Positions 9,811 to 19,672 of a stretch of 64,000 nucleotides of DNA are shown one piece after another. The translations under genes were made by a program, and so were the position numbers. The stretch covers positions 3,648,001-3,712,000 of the forward strand of contig OZ242311.1 in NCBI GenBank assembly GCA_965207885.1. The letters are read 5' to 3'. The notes under the pieces are model-generated. The model saw nothing but the letters and a program-made list of their open reading frames with translations, did not search any database and had not been told where the DNA came from. The number at the start of each line of letters is the position of its first letter. Within the stretch, counting starts at the first letter, position 1. Source of the DNA: Candidatus Latescibacterota bacterium. GTDB lineage: Bacteria > Latescibacterota > UBA2968.

Positions 9811-10977
9811 TTACCCCACCCGCTCTGCGCCATTGACCGCTGAACAAACGTAAATCTCAGGCGTCAAACCCGTTTTCCCTGGATACCGCTCATTTATCGC
9901 ATCTGTTAGTGCTGACACAGCATCCCGTTCAACGATATTCACAGTACATCCCCCAAAACCTGCGCCAGTCATCCGCGCACCGAGCACCCCCGACACATTT
10001 AGAGCGATTTCGACCAGCAAATCGAGTTCTTTACCACTCACCTCGTAATCATCTCGCAAACTCTCGTGGGATGCGACCATCAACTGTCCAAACCCCAATA
10101 AATCCCCTTTCTTGAGCAATACAACCGCCCGCTGCGTGCGTTCATTTTCCGTTATCACATGGCGGCACCGCTTCAGAACCGTCTCCGATAGCGCATCACC
10201 GTACACATCCAGCATCTCCATCGACACAGCGCGCAGTGCCCGTATATCCGTCCCCATCGCCCGTGCGAGAAGCGAAACCCCACTTTCACACGCAGACCGC
10301 CGATCATTATACGCTGAATCCGTCAGCCCGCGCGTCACGCCCGAGTTGCAAATCACAATCTGCACATCATCGCCAAAAAGAGGGACAAGCTCAAACGAGA
10401 GATCGCGGCAATCGAGAAACAGCGCATGACCTGCCCGGCCATTTGCCGAAATAAACTGATCCATGATCCCGCAATTAACACCCACAAAATGATTTTCGGC
10501 GCGCTGTCCCAGAAGAGCCAGTTCAGGTCCGCTTATTTCAATGCGGTTTAACACAACCATCCCCTTTCCCATCGCCATCTCCACAGCAGCCGAACTGCTC
10601 AGTCCGGCTCCCATAGGCACGTTGCCCACAATCGCCGCATCAAAACCACACAGCGAATGCCCGAGCTTTTGAAACTCGCGCACCACTCCCTTTGGATAAT
10701 CCGCCCAATTGCCCTGTGCCGCCAGCACATCATCGACCCGGAACTCAGCCACCTCTTCGTGCATCGCCGAGTAAATCCGCACCAGCGAATCGGCTCTCGA
10801 TCGCACCGCAACAACCACCCAGCGGTCAATCGCTGCGGGAAACACAAAACCCGCATTGTAATCCGTGTGTTCCCCAATCAAATTGACGCGCCCAGGTGCC
10901 TGAACGACGACATCCGCCCCCCCTTCAAAAACCGATTCAAAAACGTCGCGCGCCTGTGTGACAATAGGATGCAACAT
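9811..10977 (-). CDS. galK: Galactokinase
   Basis: APGRVNLIGEHTDYN, PMGAGLSSSAA, CGIMDQ and GARMTGAGFGG GHMP motifs. Confidence 0.97.
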   Translation of the reverse strand: MLHPIVTQARDVFESVFEGGADVVVQAPGRVNLIGEHTDYNAGFVFPAAIDRWVVVAVRSRADSLVRIYSAMHEEVAEFRVDDVLAAQGNWADYPKGVVREFQKLGHSLCGFDAAIVGNVPMGAGLSSSAAVEMAMGKGMVVLNRIEISGPELALLGQRAENHFVGVNCGIMDQFISANGRAGHALFLDCRDLSFELVPLFGDDVQIVICNSGVTRGLTDSAYNDRRSACESGVSLLARAMGTDIRALRAVSMEMLDVYGDALSETVLKRCRHVITENERTQRAVVLLKKGDLLGFGQLMVASHESLRDDYEVSGKELDLLVEIALNVSGVLGARMTGAGFGGCTVNIVERDAVSALTDAINERYPGKTGLTPEIYVCSAVNGAERVG

Positions 10978-10982
10978 TGAAA

Positions 10983-13139
10983 TTACCCCTTCTCAACTTT
11001 TCGCATCGCCCGCCGGATCTCCTCTGCCGTCATATCCGGATCTGAGGGATTGATGAGATTGCCAAAAATATCTGCCCCCACCACATGCTTCCGCAAACCA
11101 GGTCCCCGCAAAAGCGACGTAATGTGAATTTGCATGTGATAACCGCGATCCACGCCATCTGTCGGAGCTTGCATCAATGCCAGAGTGTAGTGATACGGCG
11201 CGGCAAACAAACCGTCTAACCCGCTGAGAACATCGCGCAATCCCGCAGCCAGGTCGCGCCGTTCTTCCCCATCCAAATCCAACAAACTCGCAGCGTGTGC
11301 CTCCGGCACAATGATCACATCGTAGGGGAATTGTGCGGCAAACGGAACATAAGCCAACACATGAGGACGATCAATGAGAATTCGCCGTCCATCTCCGACT
11401 TCGACTCGATTGGCATCGCACACAAAACAACGCCCCGTTTTCTCGCGATGGGATTCAAACATAGCCAATTGCGGTTTCACCATCAGATCGGGAATCTCGC
11501 AATACGCATAAACCTGTCCATGCGGATGCGGTTGAGAATTGCCCATCACCGTGCCCGAATTCTCAAAAATCAGCGGATACACAATCTCTGGCACCTTCCC
11601 CAACCGGTCGTAAATCTCTGCCCATGCATCAATCACCTGAACGAACGCGTCCAAAGACAGCGTTGACAAACGCTGGGCGTGATTGGGCGTATAAACCACA
11701 ACCTCGCACACGCCCCGAGAGGTGCGCGAGAGGTAGGGTCCCAATTGCGCCTGCGTTTGATAGGCATCCAAGACCAGCGTGGGAAAATCGTTCTCAAATG
11801 TCCACACATCCTTGTAATCTGGATTCACATCACCCGTCACCCGCGTATTGCCAGGGCAGAGATAGCATTCGGGGTCATACGCCATATCATCCAAACCCTC
11901 CATGCCCTGCGTTTCTCCGCGCCAAGGCCTGTCTGCGCGATGGGCAGCGATATTGACCCACCGATTCCAAAAAGGATTGAACCGCTCTTCCTGCACAACT
12001 CGATAGCCGCACGGATGGAGCCTATGCCAGTGCCAGGCGGACTCCAGCAACTCGTGCAGCGTTTCCCTCGCAGCCCACCCCATATCGCGCTGAATGCGAC
12101 TCGCATCGGCAATAAGCGTTGCGGGATCGCCACTTCGCCGCGGTCCAATCGCTTCGGGAATCTCATGACCGGTTACTTCGCGTGCAGCCTCCAAAATCTC
12201 CCGCACACTCACGCCCTGCCCCCTGCCGAGATTGTACGTCGCAGACCGACCCCCTGCCAACAACATATCCAGGCTCTTAATATGTGCATCGGCCAATTCC
12301 ACCACAGAAATATAATCTCGTACAGCCGTGCCATCGGGGGTTGAATAATCATCTCCAAATACAGTCATCTTCTCACGCTGCCCCAAAGCCACTTGCAAAA
12401 CAATGGGGATCAAATGCGTCTCGGGATCGTGATCTTCACCAATCAACCGCGAAGGATCGGCACCTGCGGCATTAAAATAGCGGAGAACAACATATCTTCC
12501 ACCAGCCTCTCGCTCGGCATAGAGCAGCATGCGTTCATCCATCATTTTCGTAATGCCATAGACATTCGTGGGAATTTTTAGCAGAGCAATATCTTCTTCG
12601 GAGAGTTTGAAAGCGATGTGTTTTTTATACCACCCCAAAAGTGTCTCAAAATCCACCGCAGCGGGCATTAACTGGCTTTTCTCAAAGCCGCCATCAGTGA
12701 TCCAGTTCTGCTGATAATTTTCCTTCAGCGGAATGTGTTCTGCGCGGGGTTCGCCATACGTCGCCGCCGTAGATGATTTCACAATGGGAACGCCCTTGCC
12801 CACATCCAACAAATTCTGAAAAGCAATCACATTATTCTCAAAATACCTGTACGGCTCATCCTGGGATTCTCCCACCAGCGTCCTGGCAGCAAAATCGATA
12901 ATGCCACAAAAATTGTGTCTCTCAAAAACAGAGACCAGAGCACGACTATCGAGCAAATTGACATGCTCGAAACAAAATTGCTCTGGCCCATACACCCTTT
13001 CAAACAAGGTGACAACTTCCCGATGTCCTGTTGACAGGTCATCCAGCACCACAACCCGGCGATGATCTTCCAACAGACGCCGAACCGCGTGACTGCCAAC
13101 ATATCCCGCTCCCCCCGTCACCAAAACAGCATCCATCAT
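10983..13139 (-). CDS. galE-galT: Fused UDP-glucose 4-epimerase (GalE, N-terminal) / galactose-1-phosphate uridylyltransferase (GalT, C-terminal)
   Basis: TGGAGYVGSH, YGITK, LRYFNAAGAD, DGTAVRDYI; then RFNPFWNRWV..HRADRPW, CYLCPGN and FENSG..MGNSQPHPHGQ in one 718-aa frame. Confidence 0.93.
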   Translation of the reverse strand: MMDAVLVTGGAGYVGSHAVRRLLEDHRRVVVLDDLSTGHREVVTLFERVYGPEQFCFEHVNLLDSRALVSVFERHNFCGIIDFAARTLVGESQDEPYRYFENNVIAFQNLLDVGKGVPIVKSSTAATYGEPRAEHIPLKENYQQNWITDGGFEKSQLMPAAVDFETLLGWYKKHIAFKLSEEDIALLKIPTNVYGITKMMDERMLLYAEREAGGRYVVLRYFNAAGADPSRLIGEDHDPETHLIPIVLQVALGQREKMTVFGDDYSTPDGTAVRDYISVVELADAHIKSLDMLLAGGRSATYNLGRGQGVSVREILEAAREVTGHEIPEAIGPRRSGDPATLIADASRIQRDMGWAARETLHELLESAWHWHRLHPCGYRVVQEERFNPFWNRWVNIAAHRADRPWRGETQGMEGLDDMAYDPECYLCPGNTRVTGDVNPDYKDVWTFENDFPTLVLDAYQTQAQLGPYLSRTSRGVCEVVVYTPNHAQRLSTLSLDAFVQVIDAWAEIYDRLGKVPEIVYPLIFENSGTVMGNSQPHPHGQVYAYCEIPDLMVKPQLAMFESHREKTGRCFVCDANRVEVGDGRRILIDRPHVLAYVPFAAQFPYDVIIVPEAHAASLLDLDGEERRDLAAGLRDVLSGLDGLFAAPYHYTLALMQAPTDGVDRGYHMQIHITSLLRGPGLRKHVVGADIFGNLINPSDPDMTAEEIRRAMRKVEKG

Positions 13140-13291
13140 GCCTGCTCCTCTACAGAATGGTGTACAACGGGCTGTTTTCCAAGCCCCTTCATCTGAGAAA
13201 ACATCACTTTGTACAATTCAATATACACATTGAACAAGCAGAGATTGAACTATTTTCAAAACGCAATATATACCTCTCATTTGTTTTGAAC

Positions 13292-13320
13292 TTGACATCT
13301 CGCCATAAAGGTCTTATTTT
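13292..13320 (+). promoter_or_regulatory. sigma70-type promoter of greA
   Basis: TTGACA-N17-TATTTT. Confidence 0.7.
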
Positions 13321-13370
13321 TTTACATATAGACAACATACAGCTTTTTAGCGTATTATGCCGTGTGTCAA

Positions 13371-13416
13371 AAAAGTCTATCTCGAAACCCGACAGTGGAT
13401 TCCGAGATAGATTTTT
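13371..13416 (+). terminator. Terminator-like hairpin in the greA leader (candidate attenuator)
   Basis: TCTATCTCG...CGAGATAGA stem followed by TTTTT, between the promoter and the start codon. Confidence 0.6.
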
Positions 13417-13434
13417 CATTTCATGGGAATTATT

Positions 13435-13908
13435 ATGAATCGCGTTTATCTGACCAAAAATGGGTATGAGAAAATTCGAACTGAGTTGATCCGTCTGCAA
13501 ACCAAAGAGCGACCAACTGTCATTGCAGCGATTAAAAAAGCGCGCGAGTTTGGCGACCTGAGCGAAAACGCCGAATACCATGCAGCCAAAGAGCGGCAGG
13601 CATTTCTCGAAAAGAAAATTGCCGAATTGCAAGAAAAACTCACGAACTCAGAAATTATCGACGAAAGCCAAATCCCCAAAGACAAAGCCTATCTGGGCGC
13701 AACGGTCAAATTGCAAGATAAAAAAAATGGCAGAGAAATGCAGTACACACTGGTCACCGTGGATGAAGCTGATTTTGACCAGAATAAAATATCGACAGCA
13801 TCTCCCATTGGCAAAGCTCTGTTGGGCAAACGCGTTGGCGAGGTCGTCGATGTTCAAGTGCCCGTCGGCATACTCACTTATGAGATTCTCGATATATCAA
13901 GAGACTGA
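13435..13908 (+). CDS. greA: Transcription elongation factor GreA
   Basis: AREFGDLSENAEYHAAKE and ISTASPIGKALLG; alternative start at 13423. Confidence 0.97.
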   Translation: MNRVYLTKNGYEKIRTELIRLQTKERPTVIAAIKKAREFGDLSENAEYHAAKERQAFLEKKIAELQEKLTNSEIIDESQIPKDKAYLGATVKLQDKKNGREMQYTLVTVDEADFDQNKISTASPIGKALLGKRVGEVVDVQVPVGILTYEILDISRD

Positions 13909-13924
13909 ATTTTTCATACAAACC

Positions 13925-13955
13925 AAAAGGTGACATTGACAATGTCGCCTTTTTT
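13925..13955 (+). terminator. Intrinsic terminator of greA
   Basis: AAAAGGTGACATT-gac-AATGTCGCCTTTTTT. Confidence 0.8.
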
Positions 13956-13961
13956 ATAAAT

Positions 13962-13998
13962 AAAAAAGGGCAAATCGACATCTGTCGGTTTGCCCTTT
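13962..13998 (-). terminator. Intrinsic terminator at the end of the alpha operon (after rplQ)
   Basis: AAAAAAGGGCAAATCGACA-tc-TGTCGGTTTGCCCTTT; U-tract on the minus strand. Confidence 0.85.
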
Positions 13999-14017
13999 AA
14001 ACAATGCATAGACAAGG

Positions 14018-14461
14018 TCAAGCGTCTTTCTTTTCCTCTACAACTTCCTCTTCTTCAGCAGAAGCGTCAGACTCGGTTTCCTCAACATCGGATTCGGTTA
14101 TTGCGTCATCGGACACCAGCTCAATCAAACACAATTCACTGCTATCACCTCGCCTGGGACCCAGCTTGAGAATACGCGTATATCCGCCACCTCGGTCGGC
14201 AAATGAGGGACCAATTTCTTCAAATAACTTTGTGAGCACCACCTTATTCTGAATACGCCGCAAAACTTGACGCCGCGCGTGCAAGTCGCCACGCTTGGCA
14301 AAAGAGATCAATCGTTCGGCGACACTGCGCAATTCTTTCGCCTTTGGCAGTGTAGTACGCACCTTGCCGTTGTCAAATAGAGACGTGGCCATATTGTTGA
14401 GCATGGCTTTTTTGTGGCTCGCCGTGCGACCCAGCTTTCTGCCCCTTTTCCCGTGCCTCAT
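14018..14461 (-). CDS. rplQ: 50S ribosomal protein L17
   Basis: MRHGKRGRKLGRTASH, TTLPKAKELR, GGYTRILK; acidic tail. Confidence 0.98.
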   Translation of the reverse strand: MRHGKRGRKLGRTASHKKAMLNNMATSLFDNGKVRTTLPKAKELRSVAERLISFAKRGDLHARRQVLRRIQNKVVLTKLFEEIGPSFADRGGGYTRILKLGPRRGDSSELCLIELVSDDAITESDVEETESDASAEEEEVVEEKKDA

Positions 14462-14472
14462 TGGTTTCCTCG

Positions 14473-15489
14473 TTAAAAATCGTCGTCCAAAATCGAGATG
14501 TGGTCAGATTTGGAAGCGACATCTTGATATTTGCTTACATCAATGCCAAATGCGATACCCAAATTTTCGAGAATAGCTGTCAATTCATTGAGCGATTTGC
14601 GGCCAAAATTGCGGAATTTGAGCATTTCGTTTTCCGTTTTTTGAACGAGATCTTCAAGTGTTATAATATTGGCAGCCTTTAAGCAATTTGCCGACCGCAC
14701 CGACAATTCCAACTCATCTACAGGCATCTTGAGCAGTGTTGCAATGCGGCGCGTTTCCTCATCGACAACTTCTTCCAATTCTTCTTCTGGCTCTTCTTCA
14801 AAGTTGATAAACAACTCGAGATGATTTTTCAATATTCTCGCAGCATGAGCCACCGCATCGTCGGGTCGCACAACGCTGTTTGTCCAAACAGCCAGTGAAA
14901 GTTTATCGTAATCGGTCTGCTGCCCTACGCGCGCATTATCGATTTCATAATGCACTTTTCGGATTGGGGAAAAAGCAGCATCCAACACAATGGTCCCCAT
15001 GGGCTGGTCTGCCTGCTTGTTTGCTTCTGCCAGCACATAGCCTCGGCCTTTCCCAACGGTGACTTCCATGTCGAGCACACCGTCTTTGTCGAGTGTTGCA
15101 ATATGTAAATCGGGATTCATGACTTCGACATCGGCATCGACTTGTAAATCGCCAGCCTTGAGTTCTCCTGGTCCTTCTTTTTTTACATATAGCAATTTGT
15201 CTGCATCTGTATGCATGCGCAGGCAAATTTCCTTGAGATTTAGAACGACTTCCGTCACATCTTCCACGACGCCCTCAATCACGGTAAACTCGTGCTGAAT
15301 TCCTTCAATTTTCACGGCCTTAACAGCAGCCCCCTCAATGGAAGAAAGCAAGACACGGCGCAAAGCATTCCCAATCGTAGCACCAAACCCGCGCTCAAGA
15401 GGCTGAACACTAAACAGGCCGTAATCATCACTCAGGCTTTCTTCATCGATCTGTACAAATCGAGGCATTTGAAAATTTTTCGCGTTCAT
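14473..15489 (-). CDS. rpoA: RNA polymerase alpha subunit
   Basis: PLERGFGATIGNALRRVLLSSI and LELSVRSANCL; start set at MNAKNFQMP behind a GGGAG RBS. Confidence 0.97.
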   Translation of the reverse strand: MNAKNFQMPRFVQIDEESLSDDYGLFSVQPLERGFGATIGNALRRVLLSSIEGAAVKAVKIEGIQHEFTVIEGVVEDVTEVVLNLKEICLRMHTDADKLLYVKKEGPGELKAGDLQVDADVEVMNPDLHIATLDKDGVLDMEVTVGKGRGYVLAEANKQADQPMGTIVLDAAFSPIRKVHYEIDNARVGQQTDYDKLSLAVWTNSVVRPDDAVAHAARILKNHLELFINFEEEPEEELEEVVDEETRRIATLLKMPVDELELSVRSANCLKAANIITLEDLVQKTENEMLKFRNFGRKSLNELTAILENLGIAFGIDVSKYQDVASKSDHISILDDDF

Positions 15490-15515
15490 AAACAAAAGCT
15501 CCCGGTGCGCGTCCA

Positions 15516-16145
15516 TTACTTGGAGTAAAGCTCAACAATGAGCTGCTCTTCAACAGGCGTTGGTATATCATCTCGCTTTGGATATTCTACAAGCGTACCG
15601 CTCAAATTCACTTTATCTACCGAAAGCCAAGACGATTGACCTGCATCACCAGTGCGCGTGAGTGCATCGTGAATGAGTTGCATCTGGCGACTTTTTTCTC
15701 GTACCTGCACAGTATCTCCCGGCGAAACCTGAAATGAAGGAATATCTACGGTTCGTCCATTGACAGCGATGTGGCGATGTCTCACGAGTTGTCGCGCTGA
15801 TTTTCGAGATGGTGCAAAACCCAAGCGATATATCATGTTGTCCAGACGACACTCGAGCATCTGCAAAAGCAACTCACCCGTCACACCCTTTCTGCGAGCG
15901 GCTTTTGAATAATACGTGCGAAACTGATTTTCCAGTACGCCGTAGATACGCTTTGTTTTTTGTTTTTCACGAAGCTGAAGTGCGTATTCCGACGGCTTTC
16001 GACGCATATTTTGTCCATGCATGCCGGGCGCATAACTTCGTCGGTCAAATGAACATTTGTCCATGTGACATCGCGCACCTTTGAGAAACAACTTCATGCC
16101 TTCTCGGCGACACAATTTACAACTTGGGCCAGTGTATCTCGCCAT
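15516..16145 (-). CDS. rpsD: 30S ribosomal protein S4 (Zn-finger type)
   Basis: MARYTGPSCKLCRREG, LREKQK, RLDNMIYRLG, IVELYSK. Confidence 0.98.
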   Translation of the reverse strand: MARYTGPSCKLCRREGMKLFLKGARCHMDKCSFDRRSYAPGMHGQNMRRKPSEYALQLREKQKTKRIYGVLENQFRTYYSKAARRKGVTGELLLQMLECRLDNMIYRLGFAPSRKSARQLVRHRHIAVNGRTVDIPSFQVSPGDTVQVREKSRQMQLIHDALTRTGDAGQSSWLSVDKVNLSGTLVEYPKRDDIPTPVEEQLIVELYSK

Positions 16146-16168
16146 TCAATATCTCCCTGTTTTCTGTG

Positions 16169-16552
16169 TTAAACGCGGCGGCGCTTAGGAGGGCGGCACC
16201 CATTGTGTGGAATTGGGGTAACATCTTTGATCGCTGAAATTTCCAATCCAGCCCCCTGCAGCGACCGCACGGCGGCTTCTCGCCCAACGCCAGGTCCTTT
16301 GACCCAGACTTCCACCCGGCGCAAACCCATTGCCATGGCTTCTCGCGCCGCATCAGTGGCAGCCAACTGAGCTGCATAGGGCGTACTTTTTCTCGACCCT
16401 TTAAACCCGACTTTCCCCGTTGATGACCAGGAAATAACTCTACCTTCACGGTCACTTAGAGTGACAATAGTATTGTTAAAACTGGCATTGACATGTGCGA
16501 CGCCATGGGCTTCAACGCGTCTATTCCGTCGTCTTCCTCTTCTGACCGCCAA
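16169..16552 (-). CDS. rpsK: 30S ribosomal protein S11
   Basis: [38 protein letters not shown]; TTG start. Confidence 0.98.
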   Translation of the reverse strand: MAVRRGRRRNRRVEAHGVAHVNASFNNTIVTLSDREGRVISWSSTGKVGFKGSRKSTPYAAQLAATDAAREAMAMGLRRVEVWVKGPGVGREAAVRSLQGAGLEISAIKDVTPIPHNGCRPPKRRRV

Positions 16553-16583
16553 ACGACTCCTCCTTTGATTGTCCTGCGTCTAT

Positions 16584-16958
16584 CTATACGGTTCGTCTGC
16601 GACTGCCAATACCGGGTTTCTTTCCCTTGCGCGTCCTGGCATTGGTGCGCGTCCGCTGCCCTCTCACCGGCAAACCGCGACGCCATCGCAAACCTCGATA
16701 GCATCCAATATCCATCAATCGCTTGATGTTCATTGCAACTTCGCTTCGCAGGTTTCCTTCAACCTTGTACTCGCCTTCGACAACTGAGCGCAATTTGGTG
16801 ACTTCCTCGTCAGTCAAAGCATCTACGCGCGTATCAGGCGAAATCTGCGTCTGTGTCAAAATTTTTTGTGACGTGCTCAAACCAATACCCAAAATATATG
16901 TCAACGCAACTTCCACGCGCTTTTCTCTTGGAATATCTACACCTGCAATTCGGGCCAT
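16584..16958 (-). CDS. rpsM: 30S ribosomal protein S13
   Basis: [28 protein letters not shown]. Confidence 0.98.
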   Translation of the reverse strand: MARIAGVDIPREKRVEVALTYILGIGLSTSQKILTQTQISPDTRVDALTDEEVTKLRSVVEGEYKVEGNLRSEVAMNIKRLMDIGCYRGLRWRRGLPVRGQRTRTNARTRKGKKPGIGSRRRTV

Positions 16959-16979
16959 GCGATTGCGTCTCCTATAAGG

Positions 16980-17096
16980 TTATCCTTGTCGCTGTTTGTG
17001 TCGCGGGTTGACTTTGCAAATAACGCGCACAACACCGCGCCGGCGAATGATCTTGCAGTGATTGCAACGACGGCGAACTGATGATTGAACTTTCAT
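16980..17096 (-). CDS. rpmJ: 50S ribosomal protein L36 (not in the ORF track)
   Basis: Manual translation [38 protein letters not shown]. Confidence 0.97.
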   Translation of the reverse strand: MKVQSSVRRRCNHCKIIRRRGVVRVICKVNPRHKQRQG

Positions 17097-17123
17097 AAAT
17101 AAATCTCCAGCATTCTGAGTAGA

Positions 17124-18467
17124 TCAAGCTCGGCGCCCTCGAATGCGGCCTTTCTTCATAAACCCATCGTAGTGACGCATCAGCAAATGCGATTCAACCT
17201 GCTGTAAAGTGTCAAGTGCCACACCGACCATAATCAACAAACCCGTACCGCCAAACACTTGTTCGAGACCCGGATGAACCCCCATAGAATTGATAATAAA
17301 GTATGGGCCAACGGCTATTGCAGCTAAGAAAATCGCACCTGGCATGTTGATTCGCGTAAGCACCCGATCGATAAAGTCCGACGTGCGTTTGCCCGGTCTG
17401 ACGCCGGGAATAAATCCGCCTTGCCGTTTCATATTATCCGCTAGATCAATCGGATTAAATACAATGGCGGTATAAAAATAAGCAAAGAAAATGACCAGCA
17501 AGGAGTAAATTGACCAGTAAGGCAATGACACCCAGGACATACTCGGCGTAAAAGCAGCCGCGAGATTTTGCATAAATACATTATTAGGGGCAAAGCCAGC
17601 CATTGTCGCAGGTAAAAACATAATGGCCTGAGCAAAAATAATAGGCATCACGCCAGAAGTATTGACTTTGAGCGGTATATGTGTGCTTTGCCCACCATAT
17701 ACCCGTCGTCCAACGACGCGTTTGGCGTATTGTACCGGAATTCTACGCGTGCCCTGTGTGATGAGCACAACCAGAGCAGTTAAGGCAACAACGATTACTA
17801 AAACAGCTATTTCGATCAAAATTGCTTTGTCATTGGTCACAAAATCGCGATATTCCTGCCGCACGACAAAGGGCAATGCCGCAATAATGCCAATAAAAAT
17901 GAGTAGCGACATTCCGTTGCCAATACCGTGTGCGTCAATTTGTTCCCCCAACCACATAATCAACACGGTTCCGGCAGTAATTGTCAATACAGTCAACAGT
18001 CGGAAGCCCCACCCGGGATAGAGGACGACCGAAAGTCCAGTCGCTGGCGACTGAAGGCTCTCCAGGAAAAAACTCACCCCCAGGGATTGCGCCGCAGCCA
18101 GTGCAACTGTGCCATACCGCGTATATTGTATAATCTTTTTTCGCCCCGCTTCCCCTTCTTTTTGCAACTTTTGAAGAGATGGCACGACAGCACCCATCAA
18201 TTGAAAAATAATGGACGCGCTGATATAAGGCATAATACCCAGTGCAAATACCGTCGCACGGGTAAATGCCCCACCTACAAACATGTCGTAGAGACCAAAG
18301 ATCGTTTGGCTGGTGCCTGCAAAAAATTCTCCCAGGGCAACCCGATCTATTCCGGGTATGGGAATCTGCCCTCCCAGGCGATAAATCGCCAGAATACCCA
18401 GCGTAAATAACACCTTATATCGCAGTTCCGGAATTTTAAAAACGCTCTTGACGCTCTCGAGCAACAC
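17124..18467 (-). CDS. secY: Preprotein translocase subunit SecY
   Basis: FALGIMPYISASII, GIGNGMSLLIF, GGFIPGVRPG; GTG start with GAGGAGG RBS. Confidence 0.98.
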   Translation of the reverse strand: MLLESVKSVFKIPELRYKVLFTLGILAIYRLGGQIPIPGIDRVALGEFFAGTSQTIFGLYDMFVGGAFTRATVFALGIMPYISASIIFQLMGAVVPSLQKLQKEGEAGRKKIIQYTRYGTVALAAAQSLGVSFFLESLQSPATGLSVVLYPGWGFRLLTVLTITAGTVLIMWLGEQIDAHGIGNGMSLLIFIGIIAALPFVVRQEYRDFVTNDKAILIEIAVLVIVVALTALVVLITQGTRRIPVQYAKRVVGRRVYGGQSTHIPLKVNTSGVMPIIFAQAIMFLPATMAGFAPNNVFMQNLAAAFTPSMSWVSLPYWSIYSLLVIFFAYFYTAIVFNPIDLADNMKRQGGFIPGVRPGKRTSDFIDRVLTRINMPGAIFLAAIAVGPYFIINSMGVHPGLEQVFGGTGLLIMVGVALDTLQQVESHLLMRHYDGFMKKGRIRGRRA

Positions 18468-18486
18468 CGCCTCCTCTCAGCCGAGC

Positions 18487-18933
18487 TCAGTCGGTTTTGG
18501 CCTCAACATCTCCGCCAGCTGCAAGAACTTTTTTTTCTGCCGCAGCTGATATTGCCTGAACCCGAATCTGCAATGGTACAGAAATTTCGCCTCGCCCCAA
18601 AATTTTCACAGGGCGTTTTGTAGAGGCAATCAAACCCGCATCTTTGAGCACTTCGGGGGTAATCTCACCCGAAAACTCCCTACTTGCCAAATCGTCGAGG
18701 TTTACGACCTGATAGGTCACCCGAAAAGGATTGTTAAACCCAACTTTCGGCAAGCGCCGGTGCAGGGGTGTTTGTCCCCCTTCAAACCCAACTTTGCGTT
18801 TGGATCCCGAACGCGCCCGCTGCCCTTTGTGCCCTTTACCCGCAGTCTTGCCTGTTCCAGAGCCAGGGCCAATGCCCAAACGTTTCTTTTTAGAAGTTGC
18901 CCCCTGAGGCGGAGAGAGATTCCCAAGTTTCAT
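18487..18933 (-). CDS. rplO: 50S ribosomal protein L15
   Basis: GSGTGKTAGKGHKGQRARSG, GFEGGQTPLHRRLPK. Confidence 0.97.
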   Translation of the reverse strand: MKLGNLSPPQGATSKKKRLGIGPGSGTGKTAGKGHKGQRARSGSKRKVGFEGGQTPLHRRLPKVGFNNPFRVTYQVVNLDDLASREFSGEITPEVLKDAGLIASTKRPVKILGRGEISVPLQIRVQAISAAAEKKVLAAGGDVEAKTD

Positions 18934-18949
18934 TATCGCATCCCGTATT

Positions 18950-19141
18950 TCAAGTTTCTTCAACTTTGACCAGATGTGCAACAGTCGCCAGCATGCCGCG
19001 CAATTGAGGAGAATCAGCGTGTTCTACAGTATGCCGAATGCGGCGAATTCCCAACGCATCCAGCGTCTGTTGTTGTTTTTTTTGCCGCTTAATTGCACTG
19101 CGAATTTGTGTAACCCGCAGTGTTTTTTGATCGCCCATCAC
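18950..19141 (-). CDS. rpmD: 50S ribosomal protein L30
   Basis: LRVTQIRSAI..TLDALGIRRI..RGMLATVAHLV; position in spc operon. Confidence 0.95.
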   Translation of the reverse strand: MMGDQKTLRVTQIRSAIKRQKKQQQTLDALGIRRIRHTVEHADSPQLRGMLATVAHLVKVEET

Positions 19142-19656
19142 TACCCCCGTACAGAAACCAATTCGGATTCTTCTACGCCTCGCAATAGTGCAAACATTCT
19201 CGCATCTTTCAACCGCGTTAATCCTTCCATCGCGGCTTTAACAGCATTCTGAGGATTTTGAGATCCCAATGACTTCGTCAGCACATTTTGAACGCCAGCC
19301 AGTTCCAAAACCGCACGCACACCGCCTCCTGCAATAATACCCGTACCGGGCGCAGCGGGTTTGAGCAAAACGCGAGAAGCACCAAACCGTCCAATAATCT
19401 CGTGGGGCAATGTTCCATCAACGACTGGCACGCGCACCAGATTTTTTTTTGCATCGTCGGCAGCTTTGCGAATGGCTTCAGAGACTTCGCCCGCTTTCCC
19501 CATTCCAATCCCAACAATACCTTTTTTGTCACCAATTACACAAAGCGCATTAAAAGCAAAACGTCGTCCACCTTTGCGAACGTGAGATACCCGTTTGATG
19601 CTATTGTTGATAACGATTTCCGTCAGATCTAAACCCGTGGCTTCAATTTTGCTCAA
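19141..19656 (-). CDS. rpsE: 30S ribosomal protein S5
   Basis: [30 protein letters not shown]; TTG start. Confidence 0.97.
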   Translation of the reverse strand: MSKIEATGLDLTEIVINNSIKRVSHVRKGGRRFAFNALCVIGDKKGIVGIGMGKAGEVSEAIRKAADDAKKNLVRVPVVDGTLPHEIIGRFGASRVLLKPAAPGTGIIAGGGVRAVLELAGVQNVLTKSLGSQNPQNAVKAAMEGLTRLKDARMFALLRGVEESELVSVRG

Positions 19657-19672
19657 AATCGGCTCCTTAACA

